DNA of 60,130 nucleotides, counting the filler, from Sandaracinaceae bacterium (GTDB lineage Bacteria > Myxococcota_A > Polyangia > Polyangiales > JADJQN01), in the NCBI GenBank assembly GCA_947483975.1. It is 5 parts of 5 records of this genome, joined end to end, with 100 filler letters (N's around TTAATTAATTAA, not from the genome) between each part and the next. Parts side by side here need not be neighbours in the genome. Positions count along the whole stretch, not along the records: positions 24,639 to 36,423 come from CANKOL010000137.1; positions 36,524 to 48,298 come from CANKOL010000138.1; 3 more parts are not named here. One strand, written 5' to 3'. The notes under the pieces were generated by a model that saw only the letters and a list, made by a program, of their open reading frames with translations, was not told where the DNA came from and ran no database searches. This document shows, in pieces, positions 33,699-43,603 of this stretch. Position numbers and translations under genes: made by a program. Within the stretch, counting starts at the first letter, position 1; every line of letters starts with the position of its first letter.

Positions 33699-34219
33699 GA
33701 GCGGCTCACGCTGGGGGCCTCGCAGATCCGCAGTGCGGCGTTGCATCGGTGAAGGACTGGCGGCTTCAGCCGCCACCACGGCGCGCCGCAACGAGCCGTC
33801 GCGAGACGAGGCAGCGGCCGCAGCGCCAGCCGGTGGCGCTTCTGTAAGTGCTTGTAGATCGACCGCAATTCGCGGGCACCGCGGGCGCCCCCGCGAGAGG
33901 GCCGCGTAGCGCATTCCACCAAAGGCGGATGGCCCTCGACTTGCAGCCAACAGCCCCCGAGGGTGACCGCTTTGGACGCGTCTAGCTTCTAGCTTGACGC
34001 TTCGGAACGGTGGGCGTAATCAGGGGCCAGTCCCGCTCGACTCGGTCGACGGAGAGCCTGTCCCGGAGAGTCTGAACCACGATGGCCTGGTCCTTTCGCA
34101 ACTCCGTGTGGCCCCGTCACGAGACGGCCGCGTCCCCATCGAAGGTCGTTCCGCAGCCCGGCGCCGTCGCACGCTCGGGCGGTGGGGGCGAGCCGGCAGT
34201 GGCGCAATGGGAGACAGAG

Positions 34220-34489
34220 ATGGAACGCATGAAGTGGGACCAGATCTGCAGCCAGGACGAATTCCGCGGCCGCTGGGTCGCGCTCGATAGCTGTCGGTAC
34301 GACGAGAGCACGGGCAAGGCGACGGAGGGAGCCGTCGTGGACTCGGACGACGACCTCGCGGAGCTCTGCACGCGCATCCGCGAGTCCGAGTGGAAGAACT
34401 GCGCGATCCTGTTCTGCGCGGAGAGCGAGACCGAGAGCGCCCACACGACCCAGCACCCGCCGGACCCGTTCCGACACAGCGCCCACTGA
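34220..34489 (+). CDS. Small Cys-containing hypothetical protein (weak DUF5678-like GRWVAL..VVD motif)
   Basis: Purine-rich RBS-like GGGAGACAGAG before ATG, biased codon use, followed by a terminator. Alternative start 34082. Confidence 0.65.
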   Translation: MERMKWDQICSQDEFRGRWVALDSCRYDESTGKATEGAVVDSDDDLAELCTRIRESEWKNCAILFCAESETESAHTTQHPPDPFRHSAH

Positions 34490-34522
34490 CCCGCGCGCGC
34501 TGACTCATCCGGCAGAAAGCAC

Positions 34523-34560
34523 TCAGGCCGCCTCCCGCGAGGGAAGCGGCCTGATTCGTT
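34523..34560 (+). terminator. Intrinsic terminator between convergent genes
   Basis: TCAGGCCGC-C-TCCC GCGA GGGA-A-GCGGCCTGA hairpin with GNRA loop, followed by TTCGTT. Confidence 0.75.
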
Positions 34561-34576
34561 CCGTCCCGCGCGAGGC

Positions 34577-35833
34577 TCAGCGCGCGAGCGCGATGCCGTA
34601 GATGGGCAGCGTCCCGAACACGACGGGCGCCGCCGTCCGCTCCGCGCCCGTCGAGAGCGCCCACACGCGCAGGCCGGCGTCGGTGACGACGTACGCCGAG
34701 TCGCCGTACACGACGAACGACTTCACCCCGACCGAGGCCGGGACGAGCGTGTCGATCACCGTGCCGGTGTCGGCGAGCAGCTCGAGCAGCGCCCCGCCCG
34801 CGGCGAGGAAGACGCGCCCATCGTCGGTGGTGGCGAGCCCCTTGAAGCCGCCGAGCATGGCCTCGGTGGCCGCCGTCGCCGTCACGTTCCCGGACGGCAC
34901 ATCGATGGAGAAGAGCACGCCGTCGGTGTCGTCGTACGCATCGTCCGTACAGCTGACGAGCACGACGTCGTCGTCGAGGCGGACGATGGGTCCCGGGTTG
35001 CCCACGGGAAGCTCGATGCCCTGTATGCCTGGGGCGACGGCGTCGACGTCGGTCAGCGACCCGGTGACCGGGTCGACGACGGCGATCACGCTCGGGCCGC
35101 CGTAGAGCAGCGCGTAGGTGCTCGAGAAGTAGAAGCGCCCGAGCGCGACGAGCAGCCGACCACCGTTGAAGAGCGCGGTGCTCATGTCGACGCTCGTCGG
35201 GTCGTCGACGGCGGCGAGGGGCGTGAAGTCGAGGTCGCCGACCACCGTACCTGCGAGGGGATCGATGCGCGGCGCGCTCTGCTGACCGAGGCGCGTGACG
35301 TAGGTCGCGCCGCCCGCCTCGATGACGACCTGCGGCGTCGAGACGTAGAGGTCCGTGTCTGCGGTCCCGGCAGGGTCGACGTCGAGCGTGAAGGCCGAGG
35401 TGAGCGCATCGCCGCCGACTTGGCGTCGCACGCGGCCGAGGCCACCCTCGACGAGGTAGGTGTCACAGCCGGCGCGCACCGGCAGCGTGTCCTGATCGGT
35501 CGCCGGGGTCGGGGACACCGTGACCACGCCCGTCGCGAGGTCGTACGTCGCGAGCGCGCCGTTCACGTAGTCGCTCGTCGTCACGAGCAGCTTCGTCGGC
35601 GTGCAGTCGACCGCGCCTGCGTCCGGCGACGCCGCGTCGGGGAGACCGCCGTCGGCTTCCCCCGCGTCCGCTTCGCCCGCGTCCACGTCTCCCGCGTCCC
35701 CCGGACCGCCATCCTGCGCGCCGGCGTCGCTCAGCGGCACGGCGTCGTCGTCTCCACAGCCGATGCACCCGAGGCTCAGCGCGAGCGCCACGGCGCCCGC
35801 TCCCACGATGTTCAGAGTCTTTACGTTCTTCAT
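34577..35833 (-). CDS. Cobalamin-regulated lipoprotein, probable beta-propeller
   Basis: Signal with lipobox-like Cys, D/A/G-rich tether, VTTSDY, repeated beta-rich blades; lies directly under a B12 riboswitch. Confidence 0.7.
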   Translation of the reverse strand: MKNVKTLNIVGAGAVALALSLGCIGCGDDDAVPLSDAGAQDGGPGDAGDVDAGEADAGEADGGLPDAASPDAGAVDCTPTKLLVTTSDYVNGALATYDLATGVVTVSPTPATDQDTLPVRAGCDTYLVEGGLGRVRRQVGGDALTSAFTLDVDPAGTADTDLYVSTPQVVIEAGGATYVTRLGQQSAPRIDPLAGTVVGDLDFTPLAAVDDPTSVDMSTALFNGGRLLVALGRFYFSSTYALLYGGPSVIAVVDPVTGSLTDVDAVAPGIQGIELPVGNPGPIVRLDDDVVLVSCTDDAYDDTDGVLFSIDVPSGNVTATAATEAMLGGFKGLATTDDGRVFLAAGGALLELLADTGTVIDTLVPASVGVKSFVVYGDSAYVVTDAGLRVWALSTGAERTAAPVVFGTLPIYGIALAR

Positions 35834-35983
35834 GATTCGGTCTCGCGGCGAGCGCCTTCCCGCGCTCGCTATGTCGCGACCTGCTTCACTGGACGGAAGG
35901 ACGAGGACTCCACCTGGACGCGGCTGCGCCCGAGCATCGTGCCCATCCCCACGCCCCGTGGGGTCGGTCGCGTCGGCGCGCGC

Positions 35984-36152
35984 GGCAGGTCTCCTGGCTT
36001 CCGGATCATCCCCTCGAGAGCGCCTTCCCAGCGGCTCGTGCCGCCAGTGGACCTCTGCTCTCGGAGTCCCCAGTTACAGTGGCGGGGGCCGTGCCGGTAT
36101 TCCACCGGCTTCCCTCGAGCGATCACGACGGTTCTCGTCGCGTCGCCCCACC
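35984..36152 (-). promoter_or_regulatory. Cobalamin (AdoCbl) riboswitch
   Basis: Minus strand AGGGAAGCCGGTGGAATACCGGCACGG..CCCCGCCACTGTAAC...CCACTGG..CTGGGAAGG...AAGCCAGGAGACCTGCC, including the B12 box. Confidence 0.93.
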
Positions 36153-36268
36153 CGTCGTGCGGGTGACCGTGCGCCCGTTTTGTTGGTTGCTGGTGCTTCG
36201 TCCGTTCGTGCGTCTGGATCCCGGCGCGATCGCCGCTGCCCGCATCTAGCCCGCGCGGGGCGGAAGCG

Positions 36269-36423
36269 TCAACCGCTCGACAGCGTCGCGACGATCTCTC
36301 GGGCGATCAGCCGAGCGCGCTCGACGTCCGTCGGCGGGAGGCTGACGGCGCCGACGACGGGGTGTCCGCCTCCGCCGTAGCCCCCGCAGATGGCGCTGAT
36401 GTCGTGCGTGCGCGGCACGTGCG
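36269..36423 (-). CDS. C-terminal fragment of a DHH/DHHA1 phosphoesterase-like protein
   Basis: Manual translation ..[27 protein letters not shown]; the 5' part is lost in the gap. Confidence 0.7.
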
Positions 36424-36523
36424 NNNNNNNNNNNNNNNNNNNNNNNNNNNNNNNNNNNNNNNNNNNNTTAATTAATTAANNNNNNNNNNNNNNNNNNNNN
36501 NNNNNNNNNNNNNNNNNNNNNNN
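36424..36523. other. Artificial contig spacer
   Basis: 100 bp of N with TTAATTAATTAA. Confidence 0.98.
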
Positions 36524-36577
36524 CGCGCGCCCCTCGCCCGGCGCGCGCACGTTCGCGGGGAATTGGGGGCATGATGC

Positions 36578-36593
36578 TTGGCACCGCGCTTGC
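36578..36593 (+). promoter_or_regulatory. Sigma54 -24/-12 promoter
   Basis: TTGGCAC-CGCGC-TTGC matches TGGCAC-N5-TTGC exactly; upstream of an HK/NtrC pair. Confidence 0.65.
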
Positions 36594-36633
36594 GATGAGC
36601 TTGCGCTTGCCTCGCTCCACCCACGACCGCCCC

Positions 36634-37956
36634 GTGCAGCCCCACCTCGGCTTCGACGACCTGCGTCAGCGCGCGCGCGACCTCATGGTCCGCGAGTTCG
36701 TCCGCACGCGGCTGCTGTTGACGCCGATGCCCGTCCTCGTCGGCACCACCGTGCTGATCGCGGACGATGTCCTGTGGCGGCGCGTCGTGCTCGGCGTCGT
36801 GATCACCGGTCTCGTCGGGGGCTCCATCCTCGAGAGCATTCGCGTGCGCCGAGGCGGGCGCATCGGCGACGACACCGTGCTGCTCAACCTCGTGTTCGCG
36901 GTCGTCGGGCACGCCGCCGTCTCGCTCGCGTCGGGCGGGCTCTGGAGCCCCGTGATCGTGGCGTCCCCGCTGCTGATGCTGCTGCTCGCCGTCAGCGTCG
37001 CGCCGCGCACCTTGAAGGCGCTCGCCGCCGTCGAGCTGCTGGTCGTGTGGCTAGGCGCCGCGATGGTGGGCTTCGGCGGGCCGGAGTTCGTGCCCAAGAT
37101 CTTCCGCCTCTCGGACGGCTTCGGCTTCAGTCCCGCCCACATCTTCGTCGCGGCGTCGGTCCTCACGCTCCTCGACGTGTTCGCCTTTCGCGCGGGCTCG
37201 TCGATCACGAGCATCCTCGGCACGCAGGTGCGCGAGGCGCTCGGCGCTCGCGATGCTTCGCTGCGCGTCCATCAGGAGCGCGCGAGCGAGCTGACGCTGC
37301 TGTCCGCGGAGATCGCGCACGAGCTGAAGAACCCGCTCGCGAGCGTGAAGGGGCTCTCGGCGCTGCTCGCCAAGAGCGCGTCCGGGCGCGACGCCGAGAT
37401 GCTCGTCGTGCTCCGCCGCGAGGTCGACCGAATGCAGCTCGTGCTCGACGAATTCCTCAATTTCTCGCGCCCGCTGGTGCCGCTCTCGCTCGAGTCGATC
37501 GACGTCGGCACGCTCGCGCAGACCGTGCGTGACCTGCACGAGGGCGTCGCCGATGAGCGCGGCGTCAGCCTGCTGCTCGCGGCGAGTCCGCGCGTCGTCG
37601 CGCGCTGCGATCAGCGTAAGGTCCAGCAAGTGCTGATCAACCTCGTTCAAAACGCGCTCGACGCGGCGCCGTCCGGGAGCGAGGTGCGCGTCGAGGTCGA
37701 GGCGCTCGAGGGCAGCGTGCGCGTGCGCGTGCTCGACGAGGGCGCGGGGCTCGCGCCCGAGGTCGAGGCGCGCGCGTTCGAGCCGGGCGTGACGACGAAG
37801 CCGCGGGGCTCGGGGCTCGGGCTGACGGTCGCGCGCGGGCTCGCTCGACAACACGGCGGCGAGCTCACGCTCACGCCCCGCGCCGAGGGCGGCATGATGG
37901 CCGAGCTGACGGTGCCCGCCGAGGGGCTGACGCTCGTGCCTGGAGACGGGCCATGA
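36634..37956 (+). CDS. Membrane sensor histidine kinase
   Basis: Several TM helices, EIAHELKNPL, NLVQNALDA, DEGAG, GSGLGL. Start uncertain (36571-36685). Confidence 0.9.
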   Translation: MQPHLGFDDLRQRARDLMVREFVRTRLLLTPMPVLVGTTVLIADDVLWRRVVLGVVITGLVGGSILESIRVRRGGRIGDDTVLLNLVFAVVGHAAVSLASGGLWSPVIVASPLLMLLLAVSVAPRTLKALAAVELLVVWLGAAMVGFGGPEFVPKIFRLSDGFGFSPAHIFVAASVLTLLDVFAFRAGSSITSILGTQVREALGARDASLRVHQERASELTLLSAEIAHELKNPLASVKGLSALLAKSASGRDAEMLVVLRREVDRMQLVLDEFLNFSRPLVPLSLESIDVGTLAQTVRDLHEGVADERGVSLLLAASPRVVARCDQRKVQQVLINLVQNALDAAPSGSEVRVEVEALEGSVRVRVLDEGAGLAPEVEARAFEPGVTTKPRGSGLGLTVARGLARQHGGELTLTPRAEGGMMAELTVPAEGLTLVPGDGP

Positions 37957-39401
37957 GCGGAGCGAAGGCGGGCGCGCGCGGCACGTCGGAGGGCGCAGCC
38001 GCACCGCGCGTGTTGATCGTGGACGACGACGAGGGCGTCCGCTTCACGCTCGCGCACATCCTCGACGACGCGGGCATCGCGAGCCTGCAAGCGAGCAACG
38101 GCGCCGAGGCGCTGACGTTGCTGCGCGGCGGCGTGCTCGTGCAGCTCGTCATCAGCGATCTGCGCATGACGCCCGTCGATGGGCTCGAGCTGCTCGCCGC
38201 CATTCAGCGCGAGAGGCTCGCGCCGCGCGTCGTGATGATCACCGCGCACGGCTCGGAGCGCTCCGCCGTCGAGGCGATGAAGCTCGGCGCGTACGACTAC
38301 TTCCGCAAGCCGTTCGAGCTCGAGCAGCTCGTCGCGGTCGTGCGTCGCGCGCTCGACTCCGCGCAGCTCGTCGAGCAGAACGAGCGCCTCGCCGGGGAGC
38401 GCGCGCTGTCCGAGAGCCTCGTCTTTCGCTCGGCGCCGATGTCTCGCCTCGCGCTCCTCGTCGCGCGCGTCGCGCCGCGCGACGTGACCGTGCTGCTGAG
38501 CGGCGAGAGCGGCACGGGCAAGGAGCGCGTCGCCGAAGCGCTCGTCCGCGCGAGCGGCCGCGCCACGCGCCCGTTCGTGCGCTTCAACTGTGCGGCCCTC
38601 ACCGCAGAGCTCGCCGAGGCGGAGCTCTTCGGACACACCAAGGGCGCGTTCACGGGCGCGCAGAAGGCCCGCAACGGGCTCTTCCGCGAGGCGAACACGG
38701 GCACGCTCTTGCTCGACGAGATCGGCGAGCTCGACCCCGTGATGCAGGCGAAGCTGCTGCGCGTCTTGCAGGAGCGGGAGGTTCGTCCGGTCGGCGAGGA
38801 TCGCCCGATCCCGATCGATGTGCGCATTCTGGCGGCGACGCACCGCGACCTGCCGAAGCTCGTCGCCGAGGGGCGCTTCCGCGAAGATCTCTACTACCGC
38901 CTCAAGGTCGTCGAGCTGCGCGTGCCGGCGCTGCGGGAGCGCCTCGACGATGTGCCGGTGCTCGCGCGGCTGTTCTTGTCGCGCTTCGCGGCGCGCTTCG
39001 GTATCGCGTCCCTGCGCGTGCCGGACGAGCTCTTCGCGCGCCTCTCGACCTACGCCTGGCCGGGCAATGTGCGGGAGCTCGAGAACGCGATGGAGAGCCT
39101 CGTCGCGCTCTCGGCGGACGGCGCGCTCGACCTCGACCTGCTCCCGGGCGCGTCGGGCGCGGGGCAGCCCTCGCCGCGCGCGGGGCTGACGCTCAAGCAG
39201 CGCGTCGACGCCTACGAGCGCGGGCTGCTCGTCAACGCGCTCGAGGAGACGAAGGGCAACCGACGCGCGGCGGCGCGGCTCCTCGGCACGAGCCGCGCGA
39301 CGCTCTTCGACAAGCTGCGCAAGTACGGGCTCGGCGCGGAGCTCGGCGAGTCGCCCGACGACCCGCTCGGCGCAGACGACGACGAGCCCGCCGACGCGTG
39401 A
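37953..39401 (+). CDS. NtrC-type sigma54-dependent response regulator
   Basis: REC (IVDDD, SDLRM), [30 protein letters not shown], Fis-type HTH. Confidence 0.95.
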   Translation: MSGAKAGARGTSEGAAAPRVLIVDDDEGVRFTLAHILDDAGIASLQASNGAEALTLLRGGVLVQLVISDLRMTPVDGLELLAAIQRERLAPRVVMITAHGSERSAVEAMKLGAYDYFRKPFELEQLVAVVRRALDSAQLVEQNERLAGERALSESLVFRSAPMSRLALLVARVAPRDVTVLLSGESGTGKERVAEALVRASGRATRPFVRFNCAALTAELAEAELFGHTKGAFTGAQKARNGLFREANTGTLLLDEIGELDPVMQAKLLRVLQEREVRPVGEDRPIPIDVRILAATHRDLPKLVAEGRFREDLYYRLKVVELRVPALRERLDDVPVLARLFLSRFAARFGIASLRVPDELFARLSTYAWPGNVRELENAMESLVALSADGALDLDLLPGASGAGQPSPRAGLTLKQRVDAYERGLLVNALEETKGNRRAAARLLGTSRATLFDKLRKYGLGAELGESPDDPLGADDDEPADA

Positions 39402-39414
39402 AGCGCGTCAGTCG

Positions 39415-39738
39415 CTAGGTGGGGCGCCGATACTCCCAATTACCGTCGTCGAGCTCCTTGAAACCGACTCGCTCCCAAAAACCGCGCGCTGTGAAGCGGA
39501 CTCGGTCCGCGATCAGCACGGGATATCGGGTCTTGAGCATGTCGATCGTCGCGGTGCCGTAGCCGTTCCCCTGATACTCCGGGAACACCTGAATCGAATA
39601 CACGATGACGCGCGCCGCGGTGAAGCGACACCGCACGTTGCCGACGCGCGCCCCCGGAGTGTCGAGGTCGATGCGGTCGTAGCCGAGCTCGTCACGCGGG
39701 CTGATCGTGAGCTTCAAGTCCTTCGGCGTGTGGGGCAT
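39415..39738 (-). CDS. Small GNAT acetyltransferase
   Basis: IQVFPEYQGNGYGT (acetyl-CoA motif A), ARGFWERVGF. ATG overlaps the HDAC stop (TGATG). Confidence 0.85.
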   Translation of the reverse strand: MPHTPKDLKLTISPRDELGYDRIDLDTPGARVGNVRCRFTAARVIVYSIQVFPEYQGNGYGTATIDMLKTRYPVLIADRVRFTARGFWERVGFKELDDGNWEYRRPT

Positions 39739-40508
39739 CACTCGAATCCTCGACAAAATGCGAGCACGTTCTTGCCCAAATCGGGGAGGTAGTAGCCGCC
39801 CTCCAGTACGGCGAAGCGGCGTTGATGCCCGAGGCGGATCGCGTAGCCCTGCAGCAGCCGCCCAATGGTGAAGTAGTCGTCCGTCTGGAGCTTGCCGCCG
39901 CGATCGTGGACGTACGCATCGAAGCCAGCAGAGACCGCGAGCACATCGACCTGCGGCGCCTGCTCGAGGCGCTCCTGAAGCACGCGGAGGTAGTCGCTCG
40001 CGTCGTCACCGTAGGGATTCAGCACCTGCGCGCCCGCCCAACCCCGTAGCACGTCGGCTGTGCCGTCTCCAGTGTGCTGGTCAAAGTCCACCACGAAAGC
40101 CGAGCGAATCAGGCCCGCGTCGCGCAGCGCCAGCACCGCGAGGGCGACGTTGCTGAAGGTGCAGTGGCCCCACGCCGAGCCGCGACTCGCGTGGTGTCCA
40201 GGCGGTCGCACGCAAGCGAACGTGGGCGTGCCGCGCATCGCCAGCTCAGCGGCGAGGATCGACGCGCCGGCCGCGAGCGACGCCTGCGCGAACAGGCGCG
40301 GCTTGGCTTCGACGGCGCTGACGTGCGCCTCCGTGTGAGCGAGCAGCAGCTGAGCGCGCGTCGCCGGCGCGGGGACCTCGACCTCGTACCGTCCCTCGTT
40401 TCGCAGCGCGTCCATCACGCCCACGAGCCGACCGGGATCGGCGGCGCTGTCGTGCGCCTCTTCGGAGTAGTCCGAGTCGTGAAAGGCCTCGTGGAAGATG
40501 ACGCGCAT
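39738..40508 (-). CDS. Compact histone-deacetylase-family (Zn) amidohydrolase
   Basis: RPPGHHA, GHCTFSNVA, DFDQHTGDGT, VSAGFD, LEGGY. Confidence 0.92.
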   Translation of the reverse strand: MRVIFHEAFHDSDYSEEAHDSAADPGRLVGVMDALRNEGRYEVEVPAPATRAQLLLAHTEAHVSAVEAKPRLFAQASLAAGASILAAELAMRGTPTFACVRPPGHHASRGSAWGHCTFSNVALAVLALRDAGLIRSAFVVDFDQHTGDGTADVLRGWAGAQVLNPYGDDASDYLRVLQERLEQAPQVDVLAVSAGFDAYVHDRGGKLQTDDYFTIGRLLQGYAIRLGHQRRFAVLEGGYYLPDLGKNVLAFCRGFE

Positions 40509-40558
40509 GAAGCCTGACTTTCAGCGGCGTTGCGACGACGACTGCGGCTCGCGCTCGC

Positions 40559-43447
40559 TCAGCGCCCGGCGCCGCTCGAGAGGCGCTGCGGCCCGGACGG
40601 TCGGGCCGCGCTCGCGGACACCCCGAGTCGAAACGAGCTCACCAGAGTCGCGAGGTCCTGGGCTTGATTGGAGAGCTCCGCCGCGGAGCTCGAGGTCTCC
40701 TCCGAGTTGGCGGCGGACTGCTGCACGCCCTGCTCCATGTGCCCGAGGGCGATGTTCACCTGCTCGATACCGCGCGCTTGATCGGCGCTCGCGTCCGCGA
40801 TCTCTGCGATCAGGTCCGTCACCCTACCGACCGAGGCGACGATGCCCTCGAGGTTCTCGTTGACGCCGATGGAGACGGCGCCGCCCTCCTCGGCGAGCTT
40901 GACCGACAGATTGATCAGGTCCTCGGTCTTCTTCGCCGCGACCTTCGAGCGCAGCGCGAGCGTCCGGACCTCCTCGGCGACGACGGCAAAACCGCGCCCC
41001 GCGTCGCCCGCGCGGGCGGCCTCGACCGCCGCGTTGAGCGCGAGCAGGTTCGTCTGGAACGCGATCTCGTTGATGTCTCGGATGATGTCCGCGGTGCCCT
41101 CGGCGGCGAGGCGGATCTTCTCCATGGAGCCGACCATCTGACCCATGGCGAGCGTGCTCGTGTTCGCGGCGTCGCGCGTGGTCTGCGCGAGGTGCTTCGC
41201 CTGCAGGGTGCTGTCGGCGTTCTTCTGCGTCATCGAGCCGATCTCCTCGAGCGTGCTCGCCGTCTCCTCGAGCGAGGCTGCCTGCCCGACGGCGCTCTGC
41301 GACACGGTCTCGCTGCTCGCGGCGATCTGCTCGCTCGCCGCGGAGAGCTGCTCGGTCGTCTCCGCGACCTGGGCGATCGCGGAGTGCAGCGACTCCGCCA
41401 TCGAATTGATCGACTCCTTGATGCGCGCGTGGTCGCCGCGGTAATCCCCCTTCACGCGGGCGCGGAGGTCGCGCTCCGCGAGCGCCGCGAGCACGACGCC
41501 GGACTCCTCGATCGGCTTGATCACCGCGTCGAGAGTGTCGTTGAAGCCGGCGACGATCCGCGCGAAGTCTCCCTGGTGACGCGACGCGTCCGCGCGGTTC
41601 TGGAGGCGGCCCTCGACCGCCGAACGGGCGAGCGCGCCCGAGTCCGCGACGAGCGCGTTGACGGCGTCGATGCACGTATTGAGGTTGTCCTTCAGCGTGT
41701 TGAAGTCCCCCGCATAGGTCTCGGTGATCCTCGGCGGGATATCGCCCTTCGAGAGCCGATCGACGCAGGTCGCGGCCATGTTCAGCGGGCCGATGACGTG
41801 ATCGAGGGTGTCGTTGACGCCCGCGACGATCTTCCGGAAGTCACCCCCATGCTTGGTCGCGTCCGCGCGGCTCGCGAGGCGTCCCTCGGCCGCCGAGTGC
41901 GCCAGCATATCGGTGTCCGCGACGAGCGCGCCGATCGCGCCGATGCAGGTGTTGAGGTTGTTCTTCAGCGTGTTGAAATCCCCCGCATAGGACTCCGTGA
42001 TCCTCGGTGGGATATCGCCCTTCGAGAGGCGGTCGACGCACGTCGCGGCCATGTCGATTGGGCCGATCACGTGATCGAGAGTCGCGTTGACGCCGGCGAT
42101 GATCCTGCGGAAGTCGCCCCCGTGCTTGGACGCGTCGGCGCGCGCGGCGAGGCTCCCCTCGGCGGCCGACTTGGCCAGCACGCCCGCGTCCTCGACGAGG
42201 GCGTTGATCGCGCCGATGCAGGTGTTGAGGTTGCGCTTGAGGGTGTCGAAATCACCCGCATAGGCCTCGGTGATCTTCGGCGGAATATCACCCTTGGAGA
42301 TGCGATCGACGCACGTCGCGGCCATGTTGAGTGGGCCGATGACGTGATCGAGGGTGTCGTTGATGCCCTGGACGATCTTGCGGAAGTCGCCGCCGTGCTT
42401 CGACAGCTCTGCGCGCGTCGCCAGCTTGCCTTCAGCGGCGGAGCTCGCGAGCATGCTGGTGTCGGCGACGAGGGCGTTGACGGCGTCCACGCTGCTGTTC
42501 AGGTGACGCTTCATCTCGTCGAAGTCGCCGCGGTACGCCTCGGTGATCTTCGGGGGGATGTTGCCTTTGCCGATCCGCTCGACGCACTCGCTCAGGACCC
42601 CGAGCGGTCGAGAGAACGCGTCCATCGTCTCGTTCATGCCTTGCACGACCGGGCGAAACTCGAAGTTGATGGACTCGAGATCTCCCCGCACCTGCGTTTG
42701 TCCGGCGTGCACGGCGCTCGTCAGTTTGGCGCTCTCCGCCAGCAGCGAGCGGAGGATTGCCCCGATGTTTCGGTTGAGCGTGAAGGCCGTGAGCGCGGCG
42801 ACCAGAATGCCGAACACCGTGCCGATCAAGATCACATCGATGGTGGTGACCTGGAGTTGGTCGGCGGACTTGCGCGACGCCTCGGCGTTGTGGACGTCCA
42901 TCGCGACGATCCGGTGCAGCATCTCCTCGAGCGACGAGAACGTCGCCGCCGCTCGGTCGGAAGCGTCGTAGGCCCGGGCCTGCAACGCCTGCACGGCGGG
43001 AGAGGCGGGCGGGGCCCCCTCGCGCACGGCGCGGTCGACCTCGCGCGCCGCCGCCTCGACGGCGAGGTGGCGAGTCTTCCACTCGTCCCAAACGGGAGTG
43101 AGGCGCTGCCAGAGCGCGGTCTCCTCGCGCTCGCGGGGCAGCCCGTCGAAGACCGCTCGCGCCGCCTCTGCCTGCCGAAGCTCTTGCTCCATTCGTGGCC
43201 AGAGCAGCCGTCGTCGCGCCGCGTCGTAGCGCCCGCTGAGGAGCGCGTGCTCGGCGGATTGGACCGTGACGCTCGCCTCACTCATCTCGTTCAGCGCGAG
43301 CACCGAGGGGAGGCGCAGCTTGGTCACCTCGTCGAGGCGTGCGCCGATCCCGCTGCTTCCCCAGTAGCCGACTCCGCCACCGACGAAGAGCGAGGCGCCG
43401 AGCAGCCCGCAGCCGAGGAAGATCTTCTGGCCGAGCGTCAGATTCAC
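40559..43447 (-). CDS. Methyl-accepting chemotaxis protein with four-helix sensor and poly-HAMP repeats
   Basis: Two TM helices, internal 91-aa repeats, [34 protein letters not shown]. Confidence 0.95.
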   Translation of the reverse strand: MNLTLGQKIFLGCGLLGASLFVGGGVGYWGSSGIGARLDEVTKLRLPSVLALNEMSEASVTVQSAEHALLSGRYDAARRRLLWPRMEQELRQAEAARAVFDGLPREREETALWQRLTPVWDEWKTRHLAVEAAAREVDRAVREGAPPASPAVQALQARAYDASDRAAATFSSLEEMLHRIVAMDVHNAEASRKSADQLQVTTIDVILIGTVFGILVAALTAFTLNRNIGAILRSLLAESAKLTSAVHAGQTQVRGDLESINFEFRPVVQGMNETMDAFSRPLGVLSECVERIGKGNIPPKITEAYRGDFDEMKRHLNSSVDAVNALVADTSMLASSAAEGKLATRAELSKHGGDFRKIVQGINDTLDHVIGPLNMAATCVDRISKGDIPPKITEAYAGDFDTLKRNLNTCIGAINALVEDAGVLAKSAAEGSLAARADASKHGGDFRRIIAGVNATLDHVIGPIDMAATCVDRLSKGDIPPRITESYAGDFNTLKNNLNTCIGAIGALVADTDMLAHSAAEGRLASRADATKHGGDFRKIVAGVNDTLDHVIGPLNMAATCVDRLSKGDIPPRITETYAGDFNTLKDNLNTCIDAVNALVADSGALARSAVEGRLQNRADASRHQGDFARIVAGFNDTLDAVIKPIEESGVVLAALAERDLRARVKGDYRGDHARIKESINSMAESLHSAIAQVAETTEQLSAASEQIAASSETVSQSAVGQAASLEETASTLEEIGSMTQKNADSTLQAKHLAQTTRDAANTSTLAMGQMVGSMEKIRLAAEGTADIIRDINEIAFQTNLLALNAAVEAARAGDAGRGFAVVAEEVRTLALRSKVAAKKTEDLINLSVKLAEEGGAVSIGVNENLEGIVASVGRVTDLIAEIADASADQARGIEQVNIALGHMEQGVQQSAANSEETSSSAAELSNQAQDLATLVSSFRLGVSASAARPSGPQRLSSGAGR
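41520..42650 (-). repeat. About four 273-bp internal repeats in the MCP
   Basis: CGAT(G/C)ACGTGATCGAG(G/A)GT recurs at 41791, 42064 and 42337 (period 273), with more diverged flanking copies. Confidence 0.85.
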
Positions 43448-43603
43448 TTCGGTATCTCCGGAAAGGAAAGATCTGTCGCGACGGCCCGTCGCCGCAGCGG
43501 ACGTGACCGTGCCCTCTCAGTACGGTCCATCGGCCGGAGAATTGAGGGTGAACCGTCCCATTCCGGGGCCGGGTTCGGTCGTGCGGCGAGGCGCGTCGCG
43601 CGC

